From positions 1 through 64,000 of IMG/VR virus record IMGVR_UViG_3300022744_000027: 64,000 nucleotides of DNA; one strand, written 5' to 3'. The notes below the pieces were generated by a model that was given only the letters and a program-made list of their open reading frames with translations, was not told the DNA's origin and did not search any database. Made by a program: the position numbers and the translations under genes. Of the stretch, positions 19,325-27,321 are shown piece after piece; positions within the stretch are counted from its first letter, which is position 1, and every line of letters starts with the position of its first letter. This DNA comes from a virus (Duplodnaviria > Caudoviricetes).

Positions 19325-21913
19325 TTAAGAAAACGAAAAGTTGCGGTCAAGTTTTTGCGTCACGGGCAATGAAACCGGGGCGCCCGTAAGTTGGTAGTCG
19401 CGGATGTATTCCGGCTCATACCCGGACAGGTAAACGGCAATATCCACGCGGGCCAGCGACGAGTAGGTGTAGGTGTAGGCGCTTCCACCCACTGAATTGC
19501 CCGTGTCCAGAGCAGTGGTCGTGCCGGATTCGAGAATCACGACGTCAGAGCCCGGGATGATTCCGGCCACGGTAAGGCCGATGGCATCCAGCGGGTAAAG
19601 CGCCGCGTTTTGGGCGGCCAGTGTGGTTACGCCGTCAATCCGCAGGCTGTCCAGCTTGTTGCTGCTGTTTGTCGCCGTGCATGTGATGCGGATGCGCAGA
19701 ATCCATCCATCGGTGGGGCTTACCCCCGCCTCGGCGCTCAGGTTCGTGGTGTTGAGCGTTTTCCATGTGCCACTGAAGCCAGCGCCCTTGTCCACATCGT
19801 ATTCAAACGCATGATTGGCGGTGTTGGTTCCCTGGCTCACCATGCCGGAAAAGCCGCTCCAGCCCAGCACGCGGTATGGCCATGTGTAAATGATCTGGTC
19901 GCCCGCCGTCCGCATTAAAAGCGAACCCGTGGCGTTGAACACCGGCGTACCCGCCGTGACGATGTAAAGGCCCGGAGCGACGGTGGTTTTCTCCACAAAA
20001 ATGATGGCAGCCCGCGCGGTGGTGTCGCCCGTGAAGGCATCCCAGTAGCAAGTACCGTAAACGGCAATATAACTGGTAGGCATCGAGCCGCCGTTTTGCC
20101 GGTTGCCCCGCGTCCAAGCATTCAGGTACTGCGGGCCAATGGTCTTGCTGGCGTCTGTGTTGTAGCAATTCTCCAGCTTGAAGCCGTTGTTTGTGTTTGT
20201 GCCGCTGGCCAGGTTGAGGCGCAGGCCGGTAACCCAATTGCGCTGCACCTTGCATTCGATGTTGTTGCCGCCGTCGCTGAATATGTACCCGGTGGGGTTC
20301 ACCGTGCCGCAGTTGTACGGGGCGGCGTCAGAGCCAACAAAGCGCAGAGAGCCGCGCTTGGTCGTGTTCATGAAAATCAGCCCGGTGTACGGGTGGCAGT
20401 TGGCAACGCCGGGCCAGTTGGTTATGGCCTGCACGTCAATATCGGCTGACTGCGACATGATCTCGACCGCGTTCGAGCCAACGGTCGTGGGCGTCGTCCC
20501 AACGGCCAGGTCGGCGTATTGGTGCGCCTTAATCTTGATGCGGTTGCAGGCGCTTATCAGCATGCGCTTGCCAATTGACTCCACCTTGTCAACGGTCACA
20601 TCGTCACAGGTATTGAAAAACACCGGCCCCGATACCGCCGTCGGCACGCCCGGGAAAGCGCCCCGAACAAGCCCAAACGTCCACACCCCATAGAGGTTCA
20701 CAAACATCATTGCATAGCCGCTGGTGCTGATTGACTCGGCCCGGACGCCCGTAACCTCACCCACCGTGCCGCCCGTGTAGCACTGCTGAAAAACGATGGC
20801 GTTTGATGCGAACGGGGTGCCCGCCGCGTAGTTGCTCAGGCCCACATGCACGCGGTCAACGTCGGGCTTTGTCGCGGGCTCCTGGAGCAGCAATTGGTCG
20901 CAGGTGTGCAGGTCGCGGATGTAAACCGAGTACGGCTGGACGATGTTCCAGTACCATGCGCCTGTTGATAAGCTGTGTGTAAGTATGCCCGCGTTTGAAA
21001 ACCCGGTGTCATAGCGGTTCGTCATGCCTGCATAGGGCCGGACGGTCACATCCAGGTTTGTCGCGGCGCACGTCTGCAAAATGATGTTTGGCACGCGGAT
21101 GGCGCAGCCCGCCACCGGCAGGTCGCCGCATACCGAGGCGTCAACACCGGTGCCAATTGTCAGCAGCCCGGCATCGGAAATGTAAACATAGCGGCTCCGG
21201 GAATCGGTGGAGCAGTTGGCGCTGGTGAACTTTGCGGCCACGTTGTGCCACATCTTGTAAACGCCTGAGCCGGGCGCGGTTTCAATCTCCACGCCGGGGT
21301 AAGCGATCAGCTGGTCGCCCGTGAAAAATGGCAGTTGCACCGTCTGCCCACGCGCGCCGCTGGTGGTGCCCGCAGTGAACCATCGCCCGTCAACCGTCCA
21401 GATCCCCAGGCGGGAAATGGAAATGGTCTTGTCCACGCACCCAACGACAACAATCCAGCCCGTCTCATCGGGGCCGGATGCAGCCGCGCCAATTCCGGTG
21501 AGCGCACCGGAGGCGATTGAGCCGCCCGCAACATTTCGCACCTTGAGCCAGCCTGAAGCGGGCATTGCGCCGCCCGCCGCTGTTACCGTGCCGCCCGTTC
21601 TGTCGGACATTACGCACAGCAGCTCACACGTCACGCCGCCCTGCGAAAGCGTTGTACCGCTCGCAGGCACATTGCCCGTACCGGTTGAAAAGGGGATGAG
21701 GCGCACGCTTGCGCCGCTGAATACCACGGCCCCACCAAGCGTGGTGGATACCGTGATGTTGCCGAACGGCCCGGTCGTTGCGCTGGTGTTTGGACCAAAG
21801 CGGGTATCGCTGTTGACCGTGAGCGTGCCGCCGTTGACGGAGTAGGTATCGTTACCCGTTTTTCCCGTTAATTGGGTGATGTTTTGGGCGGTTGTAATGG
21901 TGAAGGAGGCCAT
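19325..21913 (-). CDS. Large beta-rich fibre/spike-like protein (862 aa)
   Basis: Thr/Gly/Asn-rich, beta-helix-like central region, Ig-like C-terminus. Confidence 0.65.
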   Translation of the reverse strand: MASFTITTAQNITQLTGKTGNDTYSVNGGTLTVNSDTRFGPNTSATTGPFGNITVSTTLGGAVVFSGASVRLIPFSTGTGNVPASGTTLSQGGVTCELLCVMSDRTGGTVTAAGGAMPASGWLKVRNVAGGSIASGALTGIGAAASGPDETGWIVVVGCVDKTISISRLGIWTVDGRWFTAGTTSGARGQTVQLPFFTGDQLIAYPGVEIETAPGSGVYKMWHNVAAKFTSANCSTDSRSRYVYISDAGLLTIGTGVDASVCGDLPVAGCAIRVPNIILQTCAATNLDVTVRPYAGMTNRYDTGFSNAGILTHSLSTGAWYWNIVQPYSVYIRDLHTCDQLLLQEPATKPDVDRVHVGLSNYAAGTPFASNAIVFQQCYTGGTVGEVTGVRAESISTSGYAMMFVNLYGVWTFGLVRGAFPGVPTAVSGPVFFNTCDDVTVDKVESIGKRMLISACNRIKIKAHQYADLAVGTTPTTVGSNAVEIMSQSADIDVQAITNWPGVANCHPYTGLIFMNTTKRGSLRFVGSDAAPYNCGTVNPTGYIFSDGGNNIECKVQRNWVTGLRLNLASGTNTNNGFKLENCYNTDASKTIGPQYLNAWTRGNRQNGGSMPTSYIAVYGTCYWDAFTGDTTARAAIIFVEKTTVAPGLYIVTAGTPVFNATGSLLMRTAGDQIIYTWPYRVLGWSGFSGMVSQGTNTANHAFEYDVDKGAGFSGTWKTLNTTNLSAEAGVSPTDGWILRIRITCTATNSSNKLDSLRIDGVTTLAAQNAALYPLDAIGLTVAGIIPGSDVVILESGTTTALDTGNSVGGSAYTYTYSSLARVDIAVYLSGYEPEYIRDYQLTGAPVSLPVTQKLDRNFSFS

Positions 21914-22094
21914 GCGTCGTCAATTCCAGCGCGGGGGCTTGTCGGGGCATGCCGCGAACGGCAAAAGGGTTTTTGCGTTCATTACGCAGTAACAAAGGCG
22001 GCACGTCACCACCAGCCCGGCCTGCTTTGCGTGCGGGCACGCCCGGCAAACCGCTAGGCGTTGGGCGGGGGTGGTGAGTGCCGTCATACCGCTA

Positions 22095-22883
22095 TCAGGC
22101 CGCGCGCGCTGCGGTCTTTGCTGCGGCGAATGCAGCGCCGAATCCAGGCTTCACGGCATCGCACAAACCTACGAATTGCGCGTAAATCTGGCCACGAATC
22201 ATGCCAATGGCATTGCCGTGCTCGGTGTGGCGGGCGTCCTCGCGGTCGCGCAAGCTGTTGACGGCCGTTTGCGCGGCGTTGGCGGCAGAAAGCGCTGCGG
22301 ATGCATCGCCACCGGCTGTAGCAATGGCGGTGGCCATGCCCGTCAGCTGGTCTTGAATGCCCGCAATGGTCACGTCCAGCGCATTCAGGCGGGTGATCAG
22401 TGCCGCGATTTGCTGCGCTTGGCCCGCATCAACGCCTTGCAGCGTGGTGATTGTGTCGCGCAGGCCGTTAATGTCAGCCGCAATTTGCGCGCAGTCGCAC
22501 GTTGCACCGCCACCGCCCGCCTGCTCCATCGCGGCAATGCGCGACTCGTAGCTCAGGATGGTGCTGTTGATCTGGCTGATTTGATCAGCGGCGGCGTCGG
22601 CACGGCCTTCCAGCGCAACAACACGATCGATCAGGGCCAGCAGGTTCTGGAGGTTCTGCATGCCGGGGGTATCGGCATCGCCGTCCAGCATGGCCACCAG
22701 GCTTGCGATCTGGGATTGCAGCTGGGCAATGGCGGCGGTGTCGGTGCCGGTCAGAAGGTCAACTTGCTTTTGCAGGTTGCCGATTTCAGCGCCCATAACG
22801 GAGCCGACCTCGCCCAAAATACAGGCAAGCTCGGATTGAATCAGGGTTTTCAGGTCGTCGATTTGGGGGTTTTCAAGGGACAT
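22095..22883 (-). CDS. Coiled-coil fibre-like protein
   Basis: Long heptad repeats; ATG 22883. Confidence 0.65.
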   Translation of the reverse strand: MSLENPQIDDLKTLIQSELACILGEVGSVMGAEIGNLQKQVDLLTGTDTAAIAQLQSQIASLVAMLDGDADTPGMQNLQNLLALIDRVVALEGRADAAADQISQINSTILSYESRIAAMEQAGGGGATCDCAQIAADINGLRDTITTLQGVDAGQAQQIAALITRLNALDVTIAGIQDQLTGMATAIATAGGDASAALSAANAAQTAVNSLRDREDARHTEHGNAIGMIRGQIYAQFVGLCDAVKPGFGAAFAAAKTAARAA

Positions 22884-22924
22884 AAGTGTTTCCAATTAGG
22901 GATGAAACATGGACAAGCCGCCAC

Positions 22925-23113
22925 TCACGCGGGCGGCGTTGCGTTCTCCAGCTGGCTGGGGAAATCGGTAGCGCAGGACTGGCCGTTCAAAACAGCCTGC
23001 AGGTCGCTGATGCGCTGCGTGTGTGACGCGATCTCGGCTGGCACCAGGCAATGCAGCAGCTCGCCAATTGCCACCGCGAAACAGGACAGTTTCTCATCGA
23101 GGATATTGCTCAT
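22925..23113 (-). CDS. Hypothetical protein (62 aa)
   Basis: ATG 23113 with AAGGGA SD. Confidence 0.55.
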   Translation of the reverse strand: MSNILDEKLSCFAVAIGELLHCLVPAEIASHTQRISDLQAVLNGQSCATDFPSQLENATPPA

Positions 23114-23148
23114 GTAGTTCCCTTGTGGATGCCAAAAGCAGCGGTAAT

Positions 23149-24150
23149 TCACGCCTGCTTCTGAACTGCTCGCGTTATATTTCCGTCCTTGTCGCGTTCG
23201 ATCTCTGTGACCATGCGGCGAGGCTCCGGCAATTCTAGCGTCACGTTTGGAGCTGGAACCACGACCGGCTCAATATTCACGACAGGAGCCGCAACGTTGA
23301 CGACGGGCGCGGGCACGACCACGGGGTCGATGTTGACGACGGGGGCTGCCACATGGACGACCGGTGCGTCCACGTTGACCACGGGGGCCGGAACCACCAC
23401 GGGCTCGATGTTGACGACCGGAGCAGCTTGCTGCGGCACGTTGACATGCACCACTGGCGGGGCCTGTTCCGGCACCGTTACATTGACCACCGGGGCGATC
23501 TGCTCCGGCACCTTTACGTCGATACGCGGGTCAAAGTTGATGACGGGCTGGGCTTGCACCAGGGCCTGTATCGCGAGCACAAGCTGCGACTGCAGTTCGG
23601 CAACTCCATCCATGCGCGCTGAAATCGCAGCCGCATCCTGGGCCCTGCTGGCAGCCAAAGAGGAAACAGAATGATGCATGGCAAGGACCATGCCATCCAG
23701 TGATTTGGCGAGGTCAGACAGGCTGTACAGGTTTACACCGCCAGCCGGACTTGAGCCGGTCGCTACAGGGGACTGAAATGACTTGGCAATCAACCCATTC
23801 GCGCTCGATTTGCGCATCACCAAGCGATCACTGCGAGCCTCCGGCGGGATGCCGACATACCGGCGGTTTCCCGCGTTATCGGCAACGATTATGCCGTCCG
23901 CACCCTCTTCGAGCACCCGGTACCGCTGCATAGTGCGCTTCTTGTGGCCAGCGACATGCTCCCACTTGACCTTGTGATGCTCGCCTCCGTGTTCAACGGT
24001 GCAACCGTGCTGTCCGGCGCAAACGACCTTGCCGGAAACGGGAAGCCCGGCCTTATGGAAATAGACCTCATCTCCAGGGAATGCGTGGCGCACAGATGGA
24101 GTGGCTGCATTTTTCTGCTTGGTGCTCTTGGGGGCGTTGAAGCTGGCCAT
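23149..24150 (-). CDS. Portal-adjacent protein with APVVNV repeats
   Basis: About 9-10 tandem PVV[NH][VI] units; K-S sites (MRKS, IAKS, LAKS). Confidence 0.75.
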   Translation of the reverse strand: MASFNAPKSTKQKNAATPSVRHAFPGDEVYFHKAGLPVSGKVVCAGQHGCTVEHGGEHHKVKWEHVAGHKKRTMQRYRVLEEGADGIIVADNAGNRRYVGIPPEARSDRLVMRKSSANGLIAKSFQSPVATGSSPAGGVNLYSLSDLAKSLDGMVLAMHHSVSSLAASRAQDAAAISARMDGVAELQSQLVLAIQALVQAQPVINFDPRIDVKVPEQIAPVVNVTVPEQAPPVVHVNVPQQAAPVVNIEPVVVPAPVVNVDAPVVHVAAPVVNIDPVVVPAPVVNVAAPVVNIEPVVVPAPNVTLELPEPRRMVTEIERDKDGNITRAVQKQA

Positions 24151-25925
24151 CAGGGCTCCACTGTGAATACTGGTAATCCAAATGACTTTGCCATTCCTGG
24201 CTCGTCATCCTCCGGTTCGGACGCCGGAGTGCCGCCATCATCGAACATTCCGTCTTCAGTCTTGCCGGCGCCATGTTCGTCGCCGTCATGCTGTCCATCT
24301 CCGGCATCGCTGTCGATGGACCCGTAGTCCTCGCCTTGGTCATGGTCATCGCCATCTTCAGGCGACTGACCACCACCAGGGCCGGGGGCGCCGTAGTCTT
24401 CCTGCTGGGCCTGGTTTTCAGCCTGCCACGCCGACATCAGCGACGGATTCAGTGGGGCGTTGCCCCATTCCCCCTTAATCTCCTGCATGCCTTGAGCCTT
24501 GCGGGCCTCGTTGAGCGTGAGGATGGTCTTGTCCTTGTCCCAGCGCATCTGGGGGTCTTCTTCATCGAGGCCGGTCCAGCGGAAGACGTACTTGTCGCCG
24601 AACTCGGACACGATGTAGTCGGAAAACAAATCCTCGAAGTGGGACAGCAGCGGGCGTAGGCCCTTGTCCTTGGAGTTGATCAGCTTCTCTTCGGTGTCGG
24701 AGCCGGACAGCGAAGACGTGCCAGCGGTGAACGACTCGAAATTGATCTCGTCGGGGGCAATGCCGTAGATCGCGCAGATGATGGACGTGAGGAACGTCAT
24801 CCACTTGGCGAACATGATCTCGTTCACGTCCACGCCGAAGTTTTCAAACGCGGCCTTGGACTCCTGATTTTTCGACACCAGCACGGGGAGCGTCCACGCG
24901 TTGTTGATGCCCTTCACCATGGCATTCCAGTACCGCTTGAAGGCAGCCATGTCCTGGTCGCTGTACTCGCCGGTCAGGTGCAGCAAGCCCTTGGGGATGG
25001 CATTCGAATCGAAATACTTGGTGTTGTAGCTGAAGGCATTGAGGAAGCCCGTGACCACGCGCACCAGCAGCTCGGTCTCGGACAGGCCGTAGCCGCCCAC
25101 CAGGACATCGGTGCGGGGATTGCGCGGAACGTAGATCAGGTCGTCGTGGGTGTAGGCGGCCCGGATGTTCCCATCCACCACCTGCAGCGCGAAAATCTCG
25201 TCCTCGTCGCGGTAGCCGATCTCGTTGGCGAGCCGGATGGTCGCGCCGTCCACGGCATACATGCCGTCAATCCCCAGCGACTTGTCGCGCTTGTATTCTG
25301 TTTCGATTGGGGCGCTGTCCAGCGTGAGGCTGTCGCGCACCAGCTTGGCCATCAGGTTGGAGAAGTTGTCGCGCTTCAGGCGGGCGCGCTGGCGCGGGTT
25401 GCGCTCCCAGCCGCTGTGCGTGAAGAAGTCCTGCATCAGCGCGATGGATTGCTGCTCGTCGCTGCCAAGTTTTGCGTTGGGGTCTTTCAGGCGCACCTGG
25501 AACCCAGGGCCCTTGCCACCGTCGGGCACTCGGCAAAACCGCTTCACCTGACGGATGCGGGTGAAGATCACGGCCGACAGAATCGGGGTCTGGTCAACCA
25601 TGCCGCGCAGCATGTCGAAGCTCATGTTCGACCAGCGCTCACGCCACTCGCCCATGGCGTTGCCATAGGTGTCGTTCACCCACACGGACTGCATGCCGGC
25701 CTTGCCGTCGGCTATGGCCCGGCTCGGGAAAGGTATGACGTTGGGTTTTGCCAGCGACTTTGCGAACTCACTCTCTTCGTACTGCCGCTGCATGTACTCC
25801 ACGACCGGCATCATGTCGGTAACGCTTTTGGGTAGCGCCGCCTGCTGCGCCTCTTGCATGGCGTGCGAGCGCTCATCTTGCGGAGCGGCGCCATTGAAGG
25901 CGGTGGATAGTGCAGTTTCAGCCAT
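24150..25925 (-). CDS. Portal protein
   Basis: LVRDSLTLD, YAVDGATIR, GYGLSETE, PKGLL and TLNEAR portal motifs. Confidence 0.92.
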   Translation of the reverse strand: MAETALSTAFNGAAPQDERSHAMQEAQQAALPKSVTDMMPVVEYMQRQYEESEFAKSLAKPNVIPFPSRAIADGKAGMQSVWVNDTYGNAMGEWRERWSNMSFDMLRGMVDQTPILSAVIFTRIRQVKRFCRVPDGGKGPGFQVRLKDPNAKLGSDEQQSIALMQDFFTHSGWERNPRQRARLKRDNFSNLMAKLVRDSLTLDSAPIETEYKRDKSLGIDGMYAVDGATIRLANEIGYRDEDEIFALQVVDGNIRAAYTHDDLIYVPRNPRTDVLVGGYGLSETELLVRVVTGFLNAFSYNTKYFDSNAIPKGLLHLTGEYSDQDMAAFKRYWNAMVKGINNAWTLPVLVSKNQESKAAFENFGVDVNEIMFAKWMTFLTSIICAIYGIAPDEINFESFTAGTSSLSGSDTEEKLINSKDKGLRPLLSHFEDLFSDYIVSEFGDKYVFRWTGLDEEDPQMRWDKDKTILTLNEARKAQGMQEIKGEWGNAPLNPSLMSAWQAENQAQQEDYGAPGPGGGQSPEDGDDHDQGEDYGSIDSDAGDGQHDGDEHGAGKTEDGMFDDGGTPASEPEDDEPGMAKSFGLPVFTVEP

Positions 25926-25931
25926 GCGGGA

Positions 25932-25947
25932 AGTGTGCTGTCACGAC
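25932..25947 (-). promoter_or_regulatory. Late promoter motif
   Basis: GTCGTGAC-AG-CACACT-TCCCGC-ATG(25925). Confidence 0.75.
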
Positions 25948-25975
25948 AACAAAAAAGAAGTTGCCACGAGTTGCG

Positions 25976-25996
25976 GCAACATTTTTGCGGTAGAAT
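25976..25996 (+). promoter_or_regulatory. Early-type promoter/operator
   Basis: GCAACATTTTTGC-GG-TAGAAT-TACT-GCATC. Confidence 0.65.
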
Positions 25997-26018
25997 TACT
26001 GCATCAACAGGAGAAACC

Positions 26019-26138
26019 ATGAACATCAACGAAATGACCCCACGCGAACGCCAAATCGAAAAGCTGAAAGACTACTTGCTGGCAGTCTCCATCGGACTCG
26101 GTCTTGCTTGGATGTTGGTGGACGCCCTGTCCAAGTAA
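26019..26138 (+). CDS. Small membrane protein (39 aa)
   Basis: AGGAG SD; one hydrophobic helix. Confidence 0.6.
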   Translation: MNINEMTPRERQIEKLKDYLLAVSIGLGLAWMLVDALSK

Positions 26139-26186
26139 CGGCCTACGGCCACTGCCGCCAAAGTGGCCGACACCCAAGGAAATTCA

Positions 26187-26402
26187 ATGTCATCAAAACG
26201 AATCTACGCAACCACCGACAACACTGGCGCGCGAAAACTCATCAGTGCCACAACATCGCACCAGGCGGTAGCCCACCATGCCAAGAGCACTATCAGCGTG
26301 CGCGTGGCTACGCCTGAAGACCTGATCGCGCTGACCAAAGCCGGTGTCGATGTCGAGGAAGTCGGAGCAGCACCATCCACAGAAGGCGGGGCTGCAGAAT
26401 GA
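26187..26402 (+). CDS. Hypothetical protein
   Basis: AAGGA SD; overlaps dUTPase start. Confidence 0.65.
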   Translation: MSSKRIYATTDNTGARKLISATTSHQAVAHHAKSTISVRVATPEDLIALTKAGVDVEEVGAAPSTEGGAAE

Positions 26403-26863
26403 TGCTAATCGTCCCTCTCAAGGTCAAAAAGCTGCACCTGGATGCCATTGTCCCGGTGCACCAGACAGCAGGCGCGGCCTGCTTTGATTTGCACGCCGTG
26501 CTAGAGGACGATGTCCATCTGAACCACGGCCTAACCGTGAACCCCGGCACCAGCGAGGTCATCCGCACCGGGCTGGCGTTTGAGGTGCCCGCCGGCTACG
26601 TGATGCTGATCTACAGCCGCAGCGGCCACGGCTTCAAAAACGGCGTGCGCCTGAGCAATTCCGTGGGCGTTATCGACTCGGACTACCGCGGGGAAATCAA
26701 GGTCGCGCTGCACAACGACAGCCGCGCCAAGTTCAAGGTGGCCAACGGCGAGCGCATCGCCCAGGCCATGCTCATGCCGGTACCGCGCGTGAACATAGTG
26801 GAGACTGAGCAACTCAGCGAAACGGATCGCGGCACTGGTGGCTTCGGGAGCACCGGTCGATGA
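26399..26863 (+). CDS. dut: Trimeric dUTPase
   Basis: AACFDL, RSG, GVIDSDYRGEI, RIAQ and RGTGGFGSTG motifs. Confidence 0.95.
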   Translation: MMLIVPLKVKKLHLDAIVPVHQTAGAACFDLHAVLEDDVHLNHGLTVNPGTSEVIRTGLAFEVPAGYVMLIYSRSGHGFKNGVRLSNSVGVIDSDYRGEIKVALHNDSRAKFKVANGERIAQAMLMPVPRVNIVETEQLSETDRGTGGFGSTGR

Positions 26864-27321
26864 GAAAACGCACGCGCCGAAAGATTTACGCATTGGTTAA
26901 CCCGATTGCCTACGCAATTGAGGGAGCAAGCGTAACCCCCACGGACCAGCTCGATAGTCTTCGTGTTTTAGAGCTTTCCGCCATCGATGCGGTCGCTCGT
27001 GGAATGGGGACTGTAAAAGACCTTTCGGCGCTGCGCGACATGGCCAACCTCTGTGAAATGATGGCGCTCGGAGGTGTCGGGCCCGAGGCGCTGGAGCCGT
27101 CAAGGCTGGCGCAAAGGGAGATGATCGACGTAGTGGAGCGCCGAAAGAGAACCGGTCGCATTGGCGCCACAGGCTCAGGGCTTGAGTCATTCCGCGAGCT
27201 TTTCAGGTGGCACGACCTCCAGCGCACCAGCATCTCGCGCAGCGAGTACGAGAAATACATCGTGAAGACGACAAACGCCGTCAAAGGCGGCAGAGCCACC
27301 GTGGTCAACTTGGACAATTAA
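26860..27321 (+). CDS. Hypothetical phage protein (153 aa)
   Basis: Coupled ORF after dut. Confidence 0.7.
   Translation: MRKRTRRKIYALVNPIAYAIEGASVTPTDQLDSLRVLELSAIDAVARGMGTVKDLSALRDMANLCEMMALGGVGPEALEPSRLAQREMIDVVERRKRTGRIGATGSGLESFRELFRWHDLQRTSISRSEYEKYIVKTTNAVKGGRATVVNLDN

Noticed and set aside
22005-22012. GTGGTGAC near-match to the late octamer upstream of the 862-aa gene
   Set aside because: One mismatch, no nAnnnT hexamer at the right spacing, and about 90 nt from the ATG.
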